This document shows positions 38,276-47,840 of a DNA stretch of 64,000 nucleotides, piece after piece (position 1 is the first letter of the stretch; every line of letters starts with the position of its first letter). The notes under the pieces are model-generated. The model saw nothing but the letters and a program-made list of their open reading frames with translations. It was not told the origin of the DNA and did not search any database. The stretch covers positions 307,663 through 371,662 of the forward strand of contig LCBT01000001.1 of the NCBI GenBank assembly GCA_000997385.1, written 5' to 3'. Source of the DNA: Candidatus Daviesbacteria bacterium GW2011_GWA1_41_61 (GTDB lineage: Bacteria; Patescibacteriota; Microgenomatia; Daviesbacterales; UBA10151). The position numbers were made by a program, and so were the translations under genes.

Positions 38276-39124
38276 ATGGATAAACTTGAAGATTTACAGA
38301 CACCAACATGGTGTCCTGGTTGTGGCAACTTTGGGCTATGGGGGGCTTTTAAAAATGCTGCTTTAAAAAAAGGCTGGGATAACACCAACTCAGTTTTAGT
38401 AGCCGGGATTGGCTGCCATGGTAATATCTTAAACTTTATTCGGCTGACCTCTTTTGAAGGACTCCATGGCCGGGCTTTGCCTTTAGCCACCGGTATAAAA
38501 ATAGCCAACCACCGTCTTAATGTCTTTGTCTTTACCGGAGATGGAGATTGTTTAGGGGAAGGAGGTAATCATTTCATCCATACCTGCAGACGTAATCATA
38601 ATTTAACTGTTTTACTTCATAACAATGCTATTTATGGGCTGACCACCGGTCAAACTACCCCCACCTCTCCTCACAGCTTCAAATCTAAATCTACCCCCCA
38701 GGGTAACCCGGACTGGCCCATCTCTCCTTTAGGTTTGGCCATAGCTTCTGGAGCTACCTTTGTAGCCCGGGGTTATAGCGGCAACCTACCTAAGTTAACC
38801 GAGCTGATTATTCAAGCCAATGAGCACCAAGGGTTATCCGTAGTAGAGATCCTCCAACCCTGTACTACTTGGAATAAGGAGTATACTCATCCTTTCTTTC
38901 AGGAAAATACTTACTTCTTGGGCGAAAACCACGACACTTCCAGCAAAGAAGCCGCTTTTGACAAATCCTTACAGTGGGGAGTCAAACAAATTCCCCTAGG
39001 GATTTTTTACCAGGTAGAAGCTCCTACCTTCGAGTCCCAGTTGCTACAAATAGCCGAAAAACCCTTAATAGAAAGCTCTCCTAAGGGGAGAGACCTCTCT
39101 GAGCTACTTAAAAAATATACTTAG
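38276..39124 (+). CDS. 2-oxoacid:ferredoxin oxidoreductase beta subunit (TPP-binding)
   Basis: WCPGCGNF, GIGC, LHGR, GDGD, NNAIYGLTTGQ, LQPC. Confidence 0.95.
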   Translation: MDKLEDLQTPTWCPGCGNFGLWGAFKNAALKKGWDNTNSVLVAGIGCHGNILNFIRLTSFEGLHGRALPLATGIKIANHRLNVFVFTGDGDCLGEGGNHFIHTCRRNHNLTVLLHNNAIYGLTTGQTTPTSPHSFKSKSTPQGNPDWPISPLGLAIASGATFVARGYSGNLPKLTELIIQANEHQGLSVVEILQPCTTWNKEYTHPFFQENTYFLGENHDTSSKEAAFDKSLQWGVKQIPLGIFYQVEAPTFESQLLQIAEKPLIESSPKGRDLSELLKKYT

Positions 39125-39134
39125 TCCATTAAAA

Positions 39135-39181
39135 AAAGTTCAAATTTTTTAAGGTTTTTTTTTCTTCAAAATTTGAACTTT
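39135..39181. terminator. 14-bp inverted repeat after the OFOR operon (terminator or operator)
   Basis: aaagttcaaatttt ... aaaatttgaacttt. Confidence 0.45.
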
Positions 39182-39213
39182 GGCTCATAGTTCTGGTATT
39201 ATTTCTAAATCAT

Positions 39214-39513
39214 ATGGCTAGAGAAGTACATACACCAGATTTTGGACAGCAATTGTTATTTGAAACAACAGCGGAAACCCAACAAGCAGGTTTCGTCGAG
39301 CCGATTATGAAACTATTGACGTAGTAAAAAGAGACTTGGGAAATGATTGTTCGTGGGCGTTAAGTCTAAAAAATGATATTGATAGAGAAATTGAATGGAG
39401 TGATATAATGTGATGAATATATTCAACAAAATAGAAACTGTTTAACTCAAGGCTTTGTAGAGTCATTAGAAGCTACCCTTTCTGATTTGAGTGATTTACG
39501 GAAAGGGGGTTAG
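39214..39513 (+). pseudogene. Degraded orphan gene with two apparent frameshifts
   Basis: ATG 39214 MAREVHTPDFG... continues in shifted frames (DYETIDVVKRDLG..., DEYIQQNRN...RKGG stop). Confidence 0.4.
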
Positions 39514-39525
39514 AACCAAGATAAT

Positions 39526-40074
39526 ATGTCAGCAGAACATCAACATCAAGAAAAGTGGTTAGGATTACGATTTGTCAGAATTGAAGATTTATTATTAAGT
39601 GATATACAAGAATACCTAGCTGAATGGAGATTGGAAGTAGTTCGAATGAAAGATGTATTTCCAGAAGGATTTGAGCCTTTTACAATTACCCTTCCTTCCC
39701 GAGATTCGAATTATACTGGTGGTGGGTTAGTAAGACATATTCCTGTTACCTTAGGAGCAGGAGTGAAAGGTACTCCTGAAGAAATTATATCTTGGGATTT
39801 TTCTAGATTAGTAGCATGTGGAAATAGGTTTAAACTTAGTGTATTACAACCAAGCAAAGCTTTGAATTTACATATATTTACTACCTATCCAAATAATTGG
39901 GATAGATATAATGATATGGCTATAGGGATGCGTGATCTTGAATGGGCAGAATTAGATAGTAAAAATAGAGAGATGACACTTAGGTCTAGGGATGCTTCGT
40001 ACAAAATTGAGTCCAATGGAAGACATATTTTTACTCACAGAGGTATCCCAATGGAATCTGCTTTTAACCCTTAG
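39526..40074 (+). CDS. Hypothetical protein
   Basis: 182-aa AT-rich ORF; no family recognised. Confidence 0.65.
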   Translation: MSAEHQHQEKWLGLRFVRIEDLLLSDIQEYLAEWRLEVVRMKDVFPEGFEPFTITLPSRDSNYTGGGLVRHIPVTLGAGVKGTPEEIISWDFSRLVACGNRFKLSVLQPSKALNLHIFTTYPNNWDRYNDMAIGMRDLEWAELDSKNREMTLRSRDASYKIESNGRHIFTHRGIPMESAFNP

Positions 40075-40165
40075 TATGTAAAATAATTGAGTAAATCAAT
40101 CTCATTTTGAACAGACATCTCAGCTATTGCAAATTTAAATTTCGGTCCTTATACTTTAAAAAGTC

Positions 40166-40513
40166 ATGGATGAACAAACCAACAATCCACAAGCCCCAGC
40201 AACGCCACCAGTTGATCCTGATCAAATCCGGACTAGTCATCAACCAAATCAACCTACAGAACAACCAACTGGTGACCAAGAAGTCCAAATAGGGAATTAT
40301 AAAGTTCAGGTTAAACGGAGTCTTTGTATCGGAGCTGCCTCTTGTGTAGCCATTTCTCCTACCACTTTCCAGCTGGATGGTGAAAATAAAGCTGTTATCC
40401 AGCAAGGTAGCACTGACAGTGAAAATAATATTTTAATGGCAGCCCAGGCCTGTCCAACTAAAGCTATTGTTATTGTTGATACCCAAACCAATAATCAAAT
40501 TTGGCCTGAGTAG
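40166..40513 (+). CDS. Single-cluster ferredoxin with a disordered N-terminal extension
   Basis: CIGAASC...CP (AAQACPTKAI), a [3Fe-4S]/[4Fe-4S] type. Confidence 0.9.
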   Translation: MDEQTNNPQAPATPPVDPDQIRTSHQPNQPTEQPTGDQEVQIGNYKVQVKRSLCIGAASCVAISPTTFQLDGENKAVIQQGSTDSENNILMAAQACPTKAIVIVDTQTNNQIWPE

Positions 40514-40530
40514 TATTAAATTATTTTAAG

Positions 40531-41448
40531 ATGACCTCCAACCACACTAGAGGAATATATTTAGCCTTAGTTGCAGCTTTCATTTCCGGAGTAGCCATCT
40601 TTGTCAATAAGTTTGCCGTCGGTATAATTACCCCTCCTTTAGTCTTTACCGCCACCAAAAACACCGCTGTTGGACTGCTAATTTTGGGTCTTCTACTTTT
40701 GACCAGGAAGTGGAAAGAAGTTAAAAACCTCAGCCGCCGTGAATCACTTTATTTAATATTAATCGGTATTGTGGGCGGATCAATCCCTTTTTATCTTTTT
40801 TTCACCGGGTTGTCTGAAGTTTCTGCCACGAGCAGCGCTTTAATTCATAAAACTTTAGTCTTTTGGGTGGCCATACTGGCAGTGGTCTTTCTTAAAGAAA
40901 AACTATCTAACTGGCAAATTTTAGCAGTGATGCTTTTATTTGGCAGCAATTTTATCATCGGAGGGTTTCAAGGATTTGCCTTTTCTAAAGGAGAACTTTT
41001 AATACTTATCGCCACCATCCTTTGGGCAATAGAAAATATTCTGGCCAAAAAAATATTACCTTCAGTTGATCCCGATATTGTAATTGCAGCCAGGATGGGA
41101 TTTGGGTCTTTAATACTTTTGAGTACTGCCGTAGTTACAGAGCCCACAGCTTTAGGTAAAATTTTAGTCCTTACTCCCAGCCAATGGTTTTGGATGATTC
41201 TCACTGCAGCCACACTTTTAGGTTATGTAATGAGTTGGTACCGGGCCTTAAAACTGGCCCCGGCTATTACCGTCGCTTCGGTTTTAGTTGCCTCCACCAT
41301 AGTCACCAATATCCTCTCGGCAGTTTTTATTACCCGGGTTTGGACTTTAGAGATGGCTTTTCAATCTGGGTTAATACTGGTAGGTCTTTTAATCTTTTAC
41401 TTTGCCGCTAAAAGATTAAAAACTACGGCCAAGATAGCCACAGTTTAA
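40531..41448 (+). CDS. EamA/DMT-family transporter
   Basis: About ten TM segments in two repeats; LKEKL motif. Confidence 0.88.
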   Translation: MTSNHTRGIYLALVAAFISGVAIFVNKFAVGIITPPLVFTATKNTAVGLLILGLLLLTRKWKEVKNLSRRESLYLILIGIVGGSIPFYLFFTGLSEVSATSSALIHKTLVFWVAILAVVFLKEKLSNWQILAVMLLFGSNFIIGGFQGFAFSKGELLILIATILWAIENILAKKILPSVDPDIVIAARMGFGSLILLSTAVVTEPTALGKILVLTPSQWFWMILTAATLLGYVMSWYRALKLAPAITVASVLVASTIVTNILSAVFITRVWTLEMAFQSGLILVGLLIFYFAAKRLKTTAKIATV

Positions 41449-41452
41449 ACTC

Positions 41453-42157
41453 TTAAAACAACAACCGCAGTGTTTCCTTAGTCCAAAAAGAAAGCTTTTC
41501 TTCTTCCTTCTTCGTTAAAATCTTGACCACCAAATTCCAATGAACCGCCACAATGTGGCCAATTTGCAGCCCGGGAACAAAGCTCTTATCAAACGGGACA
41601 CTGCAACCTCTGACTGTTAGTTGATAACCTAAACCTTCTTCCTTTAAAGAGTTTAAACTGATCTGGGCTTTTGGGCCAACTATCTTTTCCACCTTCCCCC
41701 AACGGATCATACAGTTATTAATGGAATCTAAATTAAAAGGAACCGACCCGCTGACCCGGCCAACCCCAACGTGTAACACCTGAAACAGGTGGTTAGGGAT
41801 AAATACCTTAGGTTTCTTTTGTTTTAGTTCTTCTATCAAAAAACCTGGTACCCCTTGTTTTTCCAAGTTCTCTAAAAGAAGCTGATAATCCTCCACTTTG
41901 GCTTTTTTAAGTTGATCATTTCCCAACCAATAACTTTCTATCACCTCATAAGAAAAAATTGGTAAATTAGTAATGGCGGAGATCGTTTTCAGGTATGGAT
42001 AAAGGCCGATAAATTTGGAAATCTCTTTCTCTATTTCTTGACACTCTCCCCCAATAACACATCTTTTAAATTTTGCCGGGGCACTATCTTTTCCGCAATA
42101 ACCCAAGAAGTTAGGTGGCAGAGCAAAACGGGAAACCAATTGTAGATTCTTACTCAT
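41453..42157 (-). CDS. DUF6390-like protein (hydrogenase-associated)
   Basis: RFALPPNFLGYCG, YPYL, ESYWLGN, HLFQV, CMIRWG, HypC-like GHIVAVHW. Confidence 0.75.
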   Translation of the reverse strand: MSKNLQLVSRFALPPNFLGYCGKDSAPAKFKRCVIGGECQEIEKEISKFIGLYPYLKTISAITNLPIFSYEVIESYWLGNDQLKKAKVEDYQLLLENLEKQGVPGFLIEELKQKKPKVFIPNHLFQVLHVGVGRVSGSVPFNLDSINNCMIRWGKVEKIVGPKAQISLNSLKEEGLGYQLTVRGCSVPFDKSFVPGLQIGHIVAVHWNLVVKILTKKEEEKLSFWTKETLRLLF

Positions 42158-42203
42158 CCGCCTTAAATCATACTACATGGTGATGGTAAAATTAAACTTA
42201 AAG

Positions 42204-42605
42204 ATGAAAGTTTATGTTTTTGGAAATCAAGACCTCCCCCAGGACAATTTGGCCTTTCAAGTAGCTGATAAACTTCAAAACAAGATCAAAGGTGTGGAGT
42301 TTACAACAGTCAAGCTAAATGAAGATTTACCGTTTACTGATGAAAAACAGGTAGTAATTTTAGACACAGTTGAGGGGATAAAAAAAGTAGAGATTATTGA
42401 TGAAAACGATCTGGACAAATTAACTTTATCGCCTAAAACCTCGGTCCATGATTTTGATTTAGGATTTCAACTGAAGTACTTAAAAAAACTGGATAAGTTA
42501 CAAAAAGTGACTATTATCGGCTTGCCGCCAAAAGGAGAAATTAACTACTTTCTGATCCAGTCAATCTTAAGAAAGTTAGTGGCACAAGACATGCAGGGAT
42601 CGTAA
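42204..42605 (+). CDS. Hydrogenase maturation protease-like protein
   Basis: VFGNQDLPQDN, VILD, SVHDFDL. Confidence 0.75.
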   Translation: MKVYVFGNQDLPQDNLAFQVADKLQNKIKGVEFTTVKLNEDLPFTDEKQVVILDTVEGIKKVEIIDENDLDKLTLSPKTSVHDFDLGFQLKYLKKLDKLQKVTIIGLPPKGEINYFLIQSILRKLVAQDMQGS

Positions 42606-43846
42606 GCCCGGATAATCTTCTCAGCATCAAGACGCAGAGTTTGTTCATCCTTATCCAAATTTTCATTGAAGTATTTTTTTAAATCACTTTCAATATTGAT
42701 CTGGTTTTGGGCAGTCGGCACAATCACATCATAATCTTCAATCAGCCCTTTCTCACCTACTACCGCTTTGTGATACAAAATACCCCGGGGGGCTTCCACC
42801 ACTCCGACCCCTATTCCGGCCTGGAAAGACTTTCTGACCGGGCCCTCTTGATTAATGCGGATAGTTTTGAGGATATCTAAGGCATCATCAACACATTGCA
42901 GTATTTCTATGGCTTGAGCCAGATTGTTATGATAAATATTATTAGAAGGGAATGTCTGCAAATAAGTTTGACAATCCATCTTGGTTTGAGGATGGAGTAG
43001 ATCTTTATTGAAATTAATTCTGGCCAAAGCTCCCACCAGGTAGTCCTCATGGGAATCAGAAAAAACATAACCCTCGGCTTGAGAATAGGGTATAACCACT
43101 GATTTTAAAAAGTCATGGAACTTCTCCTCAGGTACCCGTTTACCGCTGGAATTAATAATCTGCCCCTCGAGAAAATCAAACTGCCGGTCATTCCTTAAAC
43201 ATAAATAATCAGAGTTTCTCATTAAACTCTGAGGCCACTGGGAAAAAGTCTTAATCCCCCTTAAAACTTGCGGCCTGATCGCTTCCAGCTTGGAGATTAG
43301 CTGCGGGAATAAACTTGGATCAGGTAATTTTAAAAATCCGCCAATAGTCGGCAGGGGGGCATGGATGGCTGCTCCAATGATAACATTGGTAATTTCAGTT
43401 CCCGCTTTTTTGATATCAAAGGAGTCATGAAGCAAGGTATATCCGATGTTGCCTGGGTCATCAGGAATATCCAAAATTGAGTCAATACCTAAAATATCCG
43501 GCAGTACAAAAAAATAAAGGTGCAGGGCATGGTCCCGGATGATCAAGCCATCATAAGACAGCCGGCGGAGCAGTTTCGTTTGTTCTGTCACCTTAATCTC
43601 CTGGGATTTTTCCAAAGCCTCCAAAGCAGCAAAAAGATGAGCTACCGAGCAAGTGCCACAGATCCTGGATAAAAAAGAAGGGACCGCAATAAGGGGTTTC
43701 CCTTTAACAGCCTCGGTATAAAAGCGCCGGTAGTCTTTAATAATAAATTTTAAATCCGTCACCACGCCTTCTTCGACAGTCACCTTAAGGCCTGCTGAAC
43801 CTTCAATTTTAGTAATGTTATCAATGGTTATCTGTCGGTTATGCAT
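42545..43846 (-). CDS. NiFe hydrogenase large subunit (group 3b-related)
   Basis: KIEG, RICGTCSVAH (L1), EAPRG, PTAQN, RAYDPCMSCATN (L2). Confidence 0.92.
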   Translation of the reverse strand: MHNRQITIDNITKIEGSAGLKVTVEEGVVTDLKFIIKDYRRFYTEAVKGKPLIAVPSFLSRICGTCSVAHLFAALEALEKSQEIKVTEQTKLLRRLSYDGLIIRDHALHLYFFVLPDILGIDSILDIPDDPGNIGYTLLHDSFDIKKAGTEITNVIIGAAIHAPLPTIGGFLKLPDPSLFPQLISKLEAIRPQVLRGIKTFSQWPQSLMRNSDYLCLRNDRQFDFLEGQIINSSGKRVPEEKFHDFLKSVVIPYSQAEGYVFSDSHEDYLVGALARINFNKDLLHPQTKMDCQTYLQTFPSNNIYHNNLAQAIEILQCVDDALDILKTIRINQEGPVRKSFQAGIGVGVVEAPRGILYHKAVVGEKGLIEDYDVIVPTAQNQINIESDLKKYFNENLDKDEQTLRLDAEKIIRAYDPCMSCATNFLKIDWIRK

Positions 43847-44336
43847 CTGGGGAAATATTAAAAAGCTTCAGATATTTAGTTAAGATCTCCAAAAATATTG
43901 ACACAGTCATGGGGCAACCTGGCACCTGATCATCAACCTTAATTACCTCATCCAGTTTCTTTACCTTCTGGCTGTAATCAAAATGATGTAGATAATAAGC
44001 GATTTTTTGATTAACCTCGTCACTGACAAATTCGTTACGGCTGGCAGAGGGCATCCCGGTGCAGGCACAAGCTCCAACTGCTACCACATATTTGGCATGA
44101 CCCCTAATCTTTTTAACTTCCTCTGCCTGGGTATCCGACGAGACAGCTCCCTCAATAAAAGCCACATCAAGACCTGCAATTTCATTTTTTGATTTAAGAG
44201 CCTTTAAATAACGGAACTCCACCACTTTTTTCCATTCATCAAGATGATCATTTAGTAGTTCTGTAAATAAAATAGTGCTGTCTTCACTACAGGTAAAAGA
44301 AAACCAACCAACTACCAGCTTTTTCTGCTGATCCAT
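43839..44336 (-). CDS. NiFe hydrogenase small subunit, truncated (proximal cluster domain only)
   Basis: FTCSEDS, FIEGA, AVGACACTG, VPGCP. Confidence 0.85.
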   Translation of the reverse strand: MDQQKKLVVGWFSFTCSEDSTILFTELLNDHLDEWKKVVEFRYLKALKSKNEIAGLDVAFIEGAVSSDTQAEEVKKIRGHAKYVVAVGACACTGMPSASRNEFVSDEVNQKIAYYLHHFDYSQKVKKLDEVIKVDDQVPGCPMTVSIFLEILTKYLKLFNISPDA

Positions 44337-44382
44337 ACATTTAGTCTACCATAGTATAATTAGGGAGTAATTACATCTCATT

Positions 44383-44595
44383 ATGTGCTTAGCTATTCCT
44401 GGAAAAATCATCAAAGTTGAAAAGCGGCAGGTTTTAGTTCAGTACCCCGGACAGACCCGTTTGGCTTTGGTAGGAGATGAAGCGGTCAAAGTTGGAGACT
44501 GGGTTTTAGTCCAAATGGGAATTGTTATTAAAATTCTTTCTTCTAAAGAAGCCCAAATTGCCCAAAAAAGCTGGATAAAATTTGACAAAAGATAA
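44383..44595 (+). CDS. hypC: Hydrogenase maturation chaperone HypC/HupF family
   Basis: MCLAIPGKI, VGDWVLVQMG. Confidence 0.9.
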   Translation: MCLAIPGKIIKVEKRQVLVQYPGQTRLALVGDEAVKVGDWVLVQMGIVIKILSSKEAQIAQKSWIKFDKR

Positions 44596-44610
44596 AAATC
44601 GTCTTATGCT
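44582..44610 (+). promoter_or_regulatory. Sigma70-type promoter with no downstream CDS
   Basis: TTGACA-17 bp-TATGCT. Confidence 0.6.
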
Positions 44611-44614
44611 AAGA

Positions 44615-44810
44615 AGGTCTGCAGGTGCACAGGTAGACTTGCCAAAAAAAGTAGTTGCTCTAGACCTCTGCTTTTGAGGGACATTTCTGCAAAGAGCACA
44701 CGCAAAATAGGTGCTTTTAAATGGGGAAAAGGCTAGTACCGAAAGTGGAGCTTTTTTTCCAAATTGTTGGTAAACAAAAAGGGACCGTAAGAAGTGGGTC
44801 CCTTTTTGTT
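44615..44810 (+). ncRNA. Candidate structured small RNA of unknown family
   Basis: Promoter upstream, several hairpins with G-U pairs that form only on the + strand, terminator at the end, no credible ORF. Confidence 0.45.
44773..44810. terminator. Bidirectional terminator between the candidate sRNA and rnpB
   Basis: aacaaaaagggacc-N10-ggtccctttttgtt. Confidence 0.85.
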
Positions 44811-44811
44811 C

Positions 44812-45157
44812 GCTTAGGAAGTCTGTAAGCCAGATTCTGTTTTGGTCAAAATTTCGACCTAGATGAAATCTATCTTTAAAGTGATGCTTACCCCGATTTT
44901 ATCAGGGTTTAAGTCACTCTAACCTCGCCTTTTTAGGCGGGTGCTCCTTACTTTGACTATCGGGCGAGCAGCCCAGTCAATTCTAGGATTACAGCGGGGA
45001 GGATTGCCCTTTTCACTCCGGCTTGACCCGGCATTAGTCTCTGTTGCTCTAACTAGGTCTTACGACTCCTCGCCTTACGGCGGGCACCCTGCTCTGCGCT
45101 GTCTGGACTTTCCTGAGCATACCGGAACGATACACCCTATCATCCAACTTCCTAAGC
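44812..45157 (-). ncRNA. rnpB: RNase P RNA
   Basis: Minus strand AGGAAAGTCCAG, AGAGCAACAGAGAC, GTGAAAAGGGCAATCCTC, AACAGAATCTGGCTTA; P1 GCTTAGGAAGT/ACTTCCTAAGC. Confidence 0.93.
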
Positions 45158-45189
45158 TGCCCATATTATACCCGAAGTTTGAAAAGTTA

Positions 45190-46167
45190 TCAAATAGGGC
45201 TGGCGATATCTGTTTTTAAAACTTCGCTTAAAATAACTTGGATCACCACAGCTATTGGTACAGCCAGCAAAGCTCCACCAATCCCTAAAAGTCTACCCCC
45301 AATGGTCACCGCTAAAATAACTAAAATAGGGTTTAAACCAACCGCTCTTTTCATCACCTGAGGAACTACGACGTGACTTTCAATCTGCTGGATAGCAAAA
45401 TAAAGTCCGGCTACTATCGCTGCCAAAAACGGTGAGGTAGTAAGAGCGATCAGGATAGCGGGAATAGCCGCAATAATCGGTCCAATTACCGGCACTACCT
45501 CAAGCAAGGCTCCTAAAATAGCTAAAGGCAAGGCAAACTCAACCCCTAAAAGTACCAAACCAACATAATAGAAAACCCCCACTAAAACCGAGAGGAACAG
45601 TTGCCCCCGCAGCCAAGCTCCCAACTTCTCCTCCAGTTTACCAATAAGCTTTCCCACCTGCTGCTGGCGACCAGCAAAAAATGAAGCTACAAGATTCTCT
45701 ATCTTTTCCCGGTCTAAAAGCAGATAAAACGTCAGTACAACCACTGTAGCAAAGGCAATTAAATTCCCAAAAAAGCTAAGAATAAAATCAATGATCCGCC
45801 GGGAAAACTCTGAGAACTCTTGGCGGACAATGGATTGATCAATAAAGTTGGTCTGAAGTAACGAGGAAGTAGCTTCAGCTAACCTTTGAGTTAAACTGCT
45901 TGTTTGGTTTAAAAGAGGAGTCAGTCCCACCGCTATCAGGCTGGAAAAACTCCCTATAACCAGGATGAAGATCAGGGCAATGGCTAAAGGCCGGGGGATC
46001 TTCCATTTGGCTAACCTTTCCACCAAAGGGGCTAAAGCAGACATTAAGATAAAGGCCAAAAAGATTAATAGGATAATATCTAAAATTAAAAAAAGCACCC
46101 ACAGAAGGAGTAAAAACCCAGCCACAAAGAAAATGGTTTTATGAGAGATATCAATCTTTCTTGTCAT
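45190..46167 (-). CDS. AI-2E (PerM) family transporter
   Basis: WLRGQL, VPVIGP, QQIESHVVVPQVM, GLNP, GALLAVP. Confidence 0.92.
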   Translation of the reverse strand: MTRKIDISHKTIFFVAGFLLLLWVLFLILDIILLIFLAFILMSALAPLVERLAKWKIPRPLAIALIFILVIGSFSSLIAVGLTPLLNQTSSLTQRLAEATSSLLQTNFIDQSIVRQEFSEFSRRIIDFILSFFGNLIAFATVVVLTFYLLLDREKIENLVASFFAGRQQQVGKLIGKLEEKLGAWLRGQLFLSVLVGVFYYVGLVLLGVEFALPLAILGALLEVVPVIGPIIAAIPAILIALTTSPFLAAIVAGLYFAIQQIESHVVVPQVMKRAVGLNPILVILAVTIGGRLLGIGGALLAVPIAVVIQVILSEVLKTDIASPI

Positions 46168-47125
46168 CACCTGGATAGTACCATGAATCCACTAAATTTT
46201 CTACTTTCTCATGATAAGTAAGAGTTGTTATATCAAACCAATGAATATCTGGTTCTTTTTGAAACCAGGTCATCTGTCTTTTGGCATATTGGTGGATTTT
46301 TGTTTGAAGCTGAGTAGTAAATTGTTCATTGCTAAGTACCCCACTTAAAAGGTCAGCCATCATCCCATACTCCAAACCTAGCTCCTTCATTCTTTGAAGA
46401 CTTAAACCCTTTTCATGAAGATTCTCCCCTTCCTCAATCAACCCTTGTTGAATTCGGGAAAGCAAACGTAGATCAATTCGTTCATATAGAACCGGTCGGG
46501 GAGCAGTTAGTCCAATTTTTAACATATTCCATTTTTTACTTTTAATTTTTAACTTTTTATTTGTCTTTCTGTATGGATACGTGTATATTATCTCAATGGA
46601 GCGGAGGATTCTACGGGGATTTTTCTTATCCGACTGATTTAAACTTGCCCATTTGGTAGGGGAGAGTGATTGTAATTTTTGTTGAAGTTCTTTTAAAGAA
46701 AGTTTTTGTAACTCCCCTCTTAAATTCTCATCCATAGGAATATCTAAAGAAGCAAAGCCCTCCAAAAGACCCTTAACATAAAAACCTGTCCCTCCCACTA
46801 CAATAGGCAATCTACCTCTTTTAATTACATCCTCCACAATCTTACCAGCTTGCAGGACATAATCTTTGACTGTAAATTGCTGTTTTGGATTCACCACATC
46901 ATACATCCAAACTTTAGTCCCATCCATCTCCCAAAAGCCATCACCTCTTTTAACCTCCACCTCTCTTCCAGGAAGTTTTCCTGTTCCAATATCCAACCCT
47001 TTATAAACCTGCCTGGAATCAGCAGAAATTAACTCTCCCGAAAACTTCTTTGCCAAAGATAAGGCCAGATCAGTTTTCCCCGTAGCTGTTGGCCCTAAAA
47101 TGACTAAAAGTTTATGTTTATCCAT
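46151..47125 (-). CDS. miaA: tRNA dimethylallyltransferase
   Basis: GPTATGKT, SADSRQVYKGLDIGTGK, VGGTGFY, YAKRQMTWF. Confidence 0.97.
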   Translation of the reverse strand: MDKHKLLVILGPTATGKTDLALSLAKKFSGELISADSRQVYKGLDIGTGKLPGREVEVKRGDGFWEMDGTKVWMYDVVNPKQQFTVKDYVLQAGKIVEDVIKRGRLPIVVGGTGFYVKGLLEGFASLDIPMDENLRGELQKLSLKELQQKLQSLSPTKWASLNQSDKKNPRRILRSIEIIYTYPYRKTNKKLKIKSKKWNMLKIGLTAPRPVLYERIDLRLLSRIQQGLIEEGENLHEKGLSLQRMKELGLEYGMMADLLSGVLSNEQFTTQLQTKIHQYAKRQMTWFQKEPDIHWFDITTLTYHEKVENLVDSWYYPGDDKKD

Positions 47126-47145
47126 AGAAGATTAAAGAAGTTATT

Positions 47146-47430
47146 TTACTCTGATTTGCCAAAAATCCAGGGAGTTTTACTTTTTTTAGTTTTAAGTTGT
47201 TTGTCTAAAAGCCTTCTTAAACCCCTTTTTTCAGCCATTCTGGCTACTCTAACCACGGTATCAGTTCCTACTTTAGCCTGTTGGGCTATTTTCCTGATAG
47301 ACAATCCTTCCTCTAAAAGATTAATAATTAACAGGCGTTGTTTAACCATCCTAATCTCAGAGTCTGTTAAAAGCTCTTTAATGAGGTGGTCTGGTACATT
47401 AATATTATGCTCAGTTGATGGTTTTGACAT
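47146..47430 (-). CDS. Trp repressor-like (YerC/YecD/TrpR) HTH protein
   Basis: LLTDSEIRMVKQRL...GLSIRKIAQQAKVGTDTVVRV; start uncertain (47430 or 47442). Confidence 0.8.
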   Translation of the reverse strand: MSKPSTEHNINVPDHLIKELLTDSEIRMVKQRLLIINLLEEGLSIRKIAQQAKVGTDTVVRVARMAEKRGLRRLLDKQLKTKKSKTPWIFGKSE

Positions 47431-47481
47431 GTATGGATTCATACTATAATGGTAGAGTAGAGAAGTCAAGAAAGAAATTAA

Positions 47482-47754
47482 CTATTTAATTTGTCTTTTT
47501 AAGGTTTTGCCGGCAGAAAAGCCTGGAGTTTTTTTCTGAGGTATTTGAATAGCTGCTCCTGTTTGAGGATTCCTCCCTCTCCTGGCAGCCCTTGATCTAA
47601 TTAAAAATGTTCCAAAGCCAGAAACTACCACCTTTTCTCCTCTGACTAAAGCATCTTTTATTAGATTAAAGGTAGAATCTACAGCATCCCTGGCAGCCCT
47701 TTTAGTTAAAGAGGATTTTTTGGCAACCTTCTCGATCAGTTCATTTTTGGTCAT
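47482..47754 (-). CDS. hup: HU family DNA-binding protein
   Basis: MTKNELI, GFGTF, RRGRNPQTG, FSAGKTLK. Confidence 0.95.
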   Translation of the reverse strand: MTKNELIEKVAKKSSLTKRAARDAVDSTFNLIKDALVRGEKVVVSGFGTFLIRSRAARRGRNPQTGAAIQIPQKKTPGFSAGKTLKRQIK

Positions 47755-47840
47755 ATGTAATATGGACAAAAATATGGTTAACTTCTTAAGTTAATCAATA
47801 TTCTTTATCATAGTAATGCTTAGAATTTATCAGAAACTAT

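Noticed and set aside
44941-45219. 92-aa ORF on the + strand
   Set aside because: Antisense to the RNase P RNA, which explains the sequence
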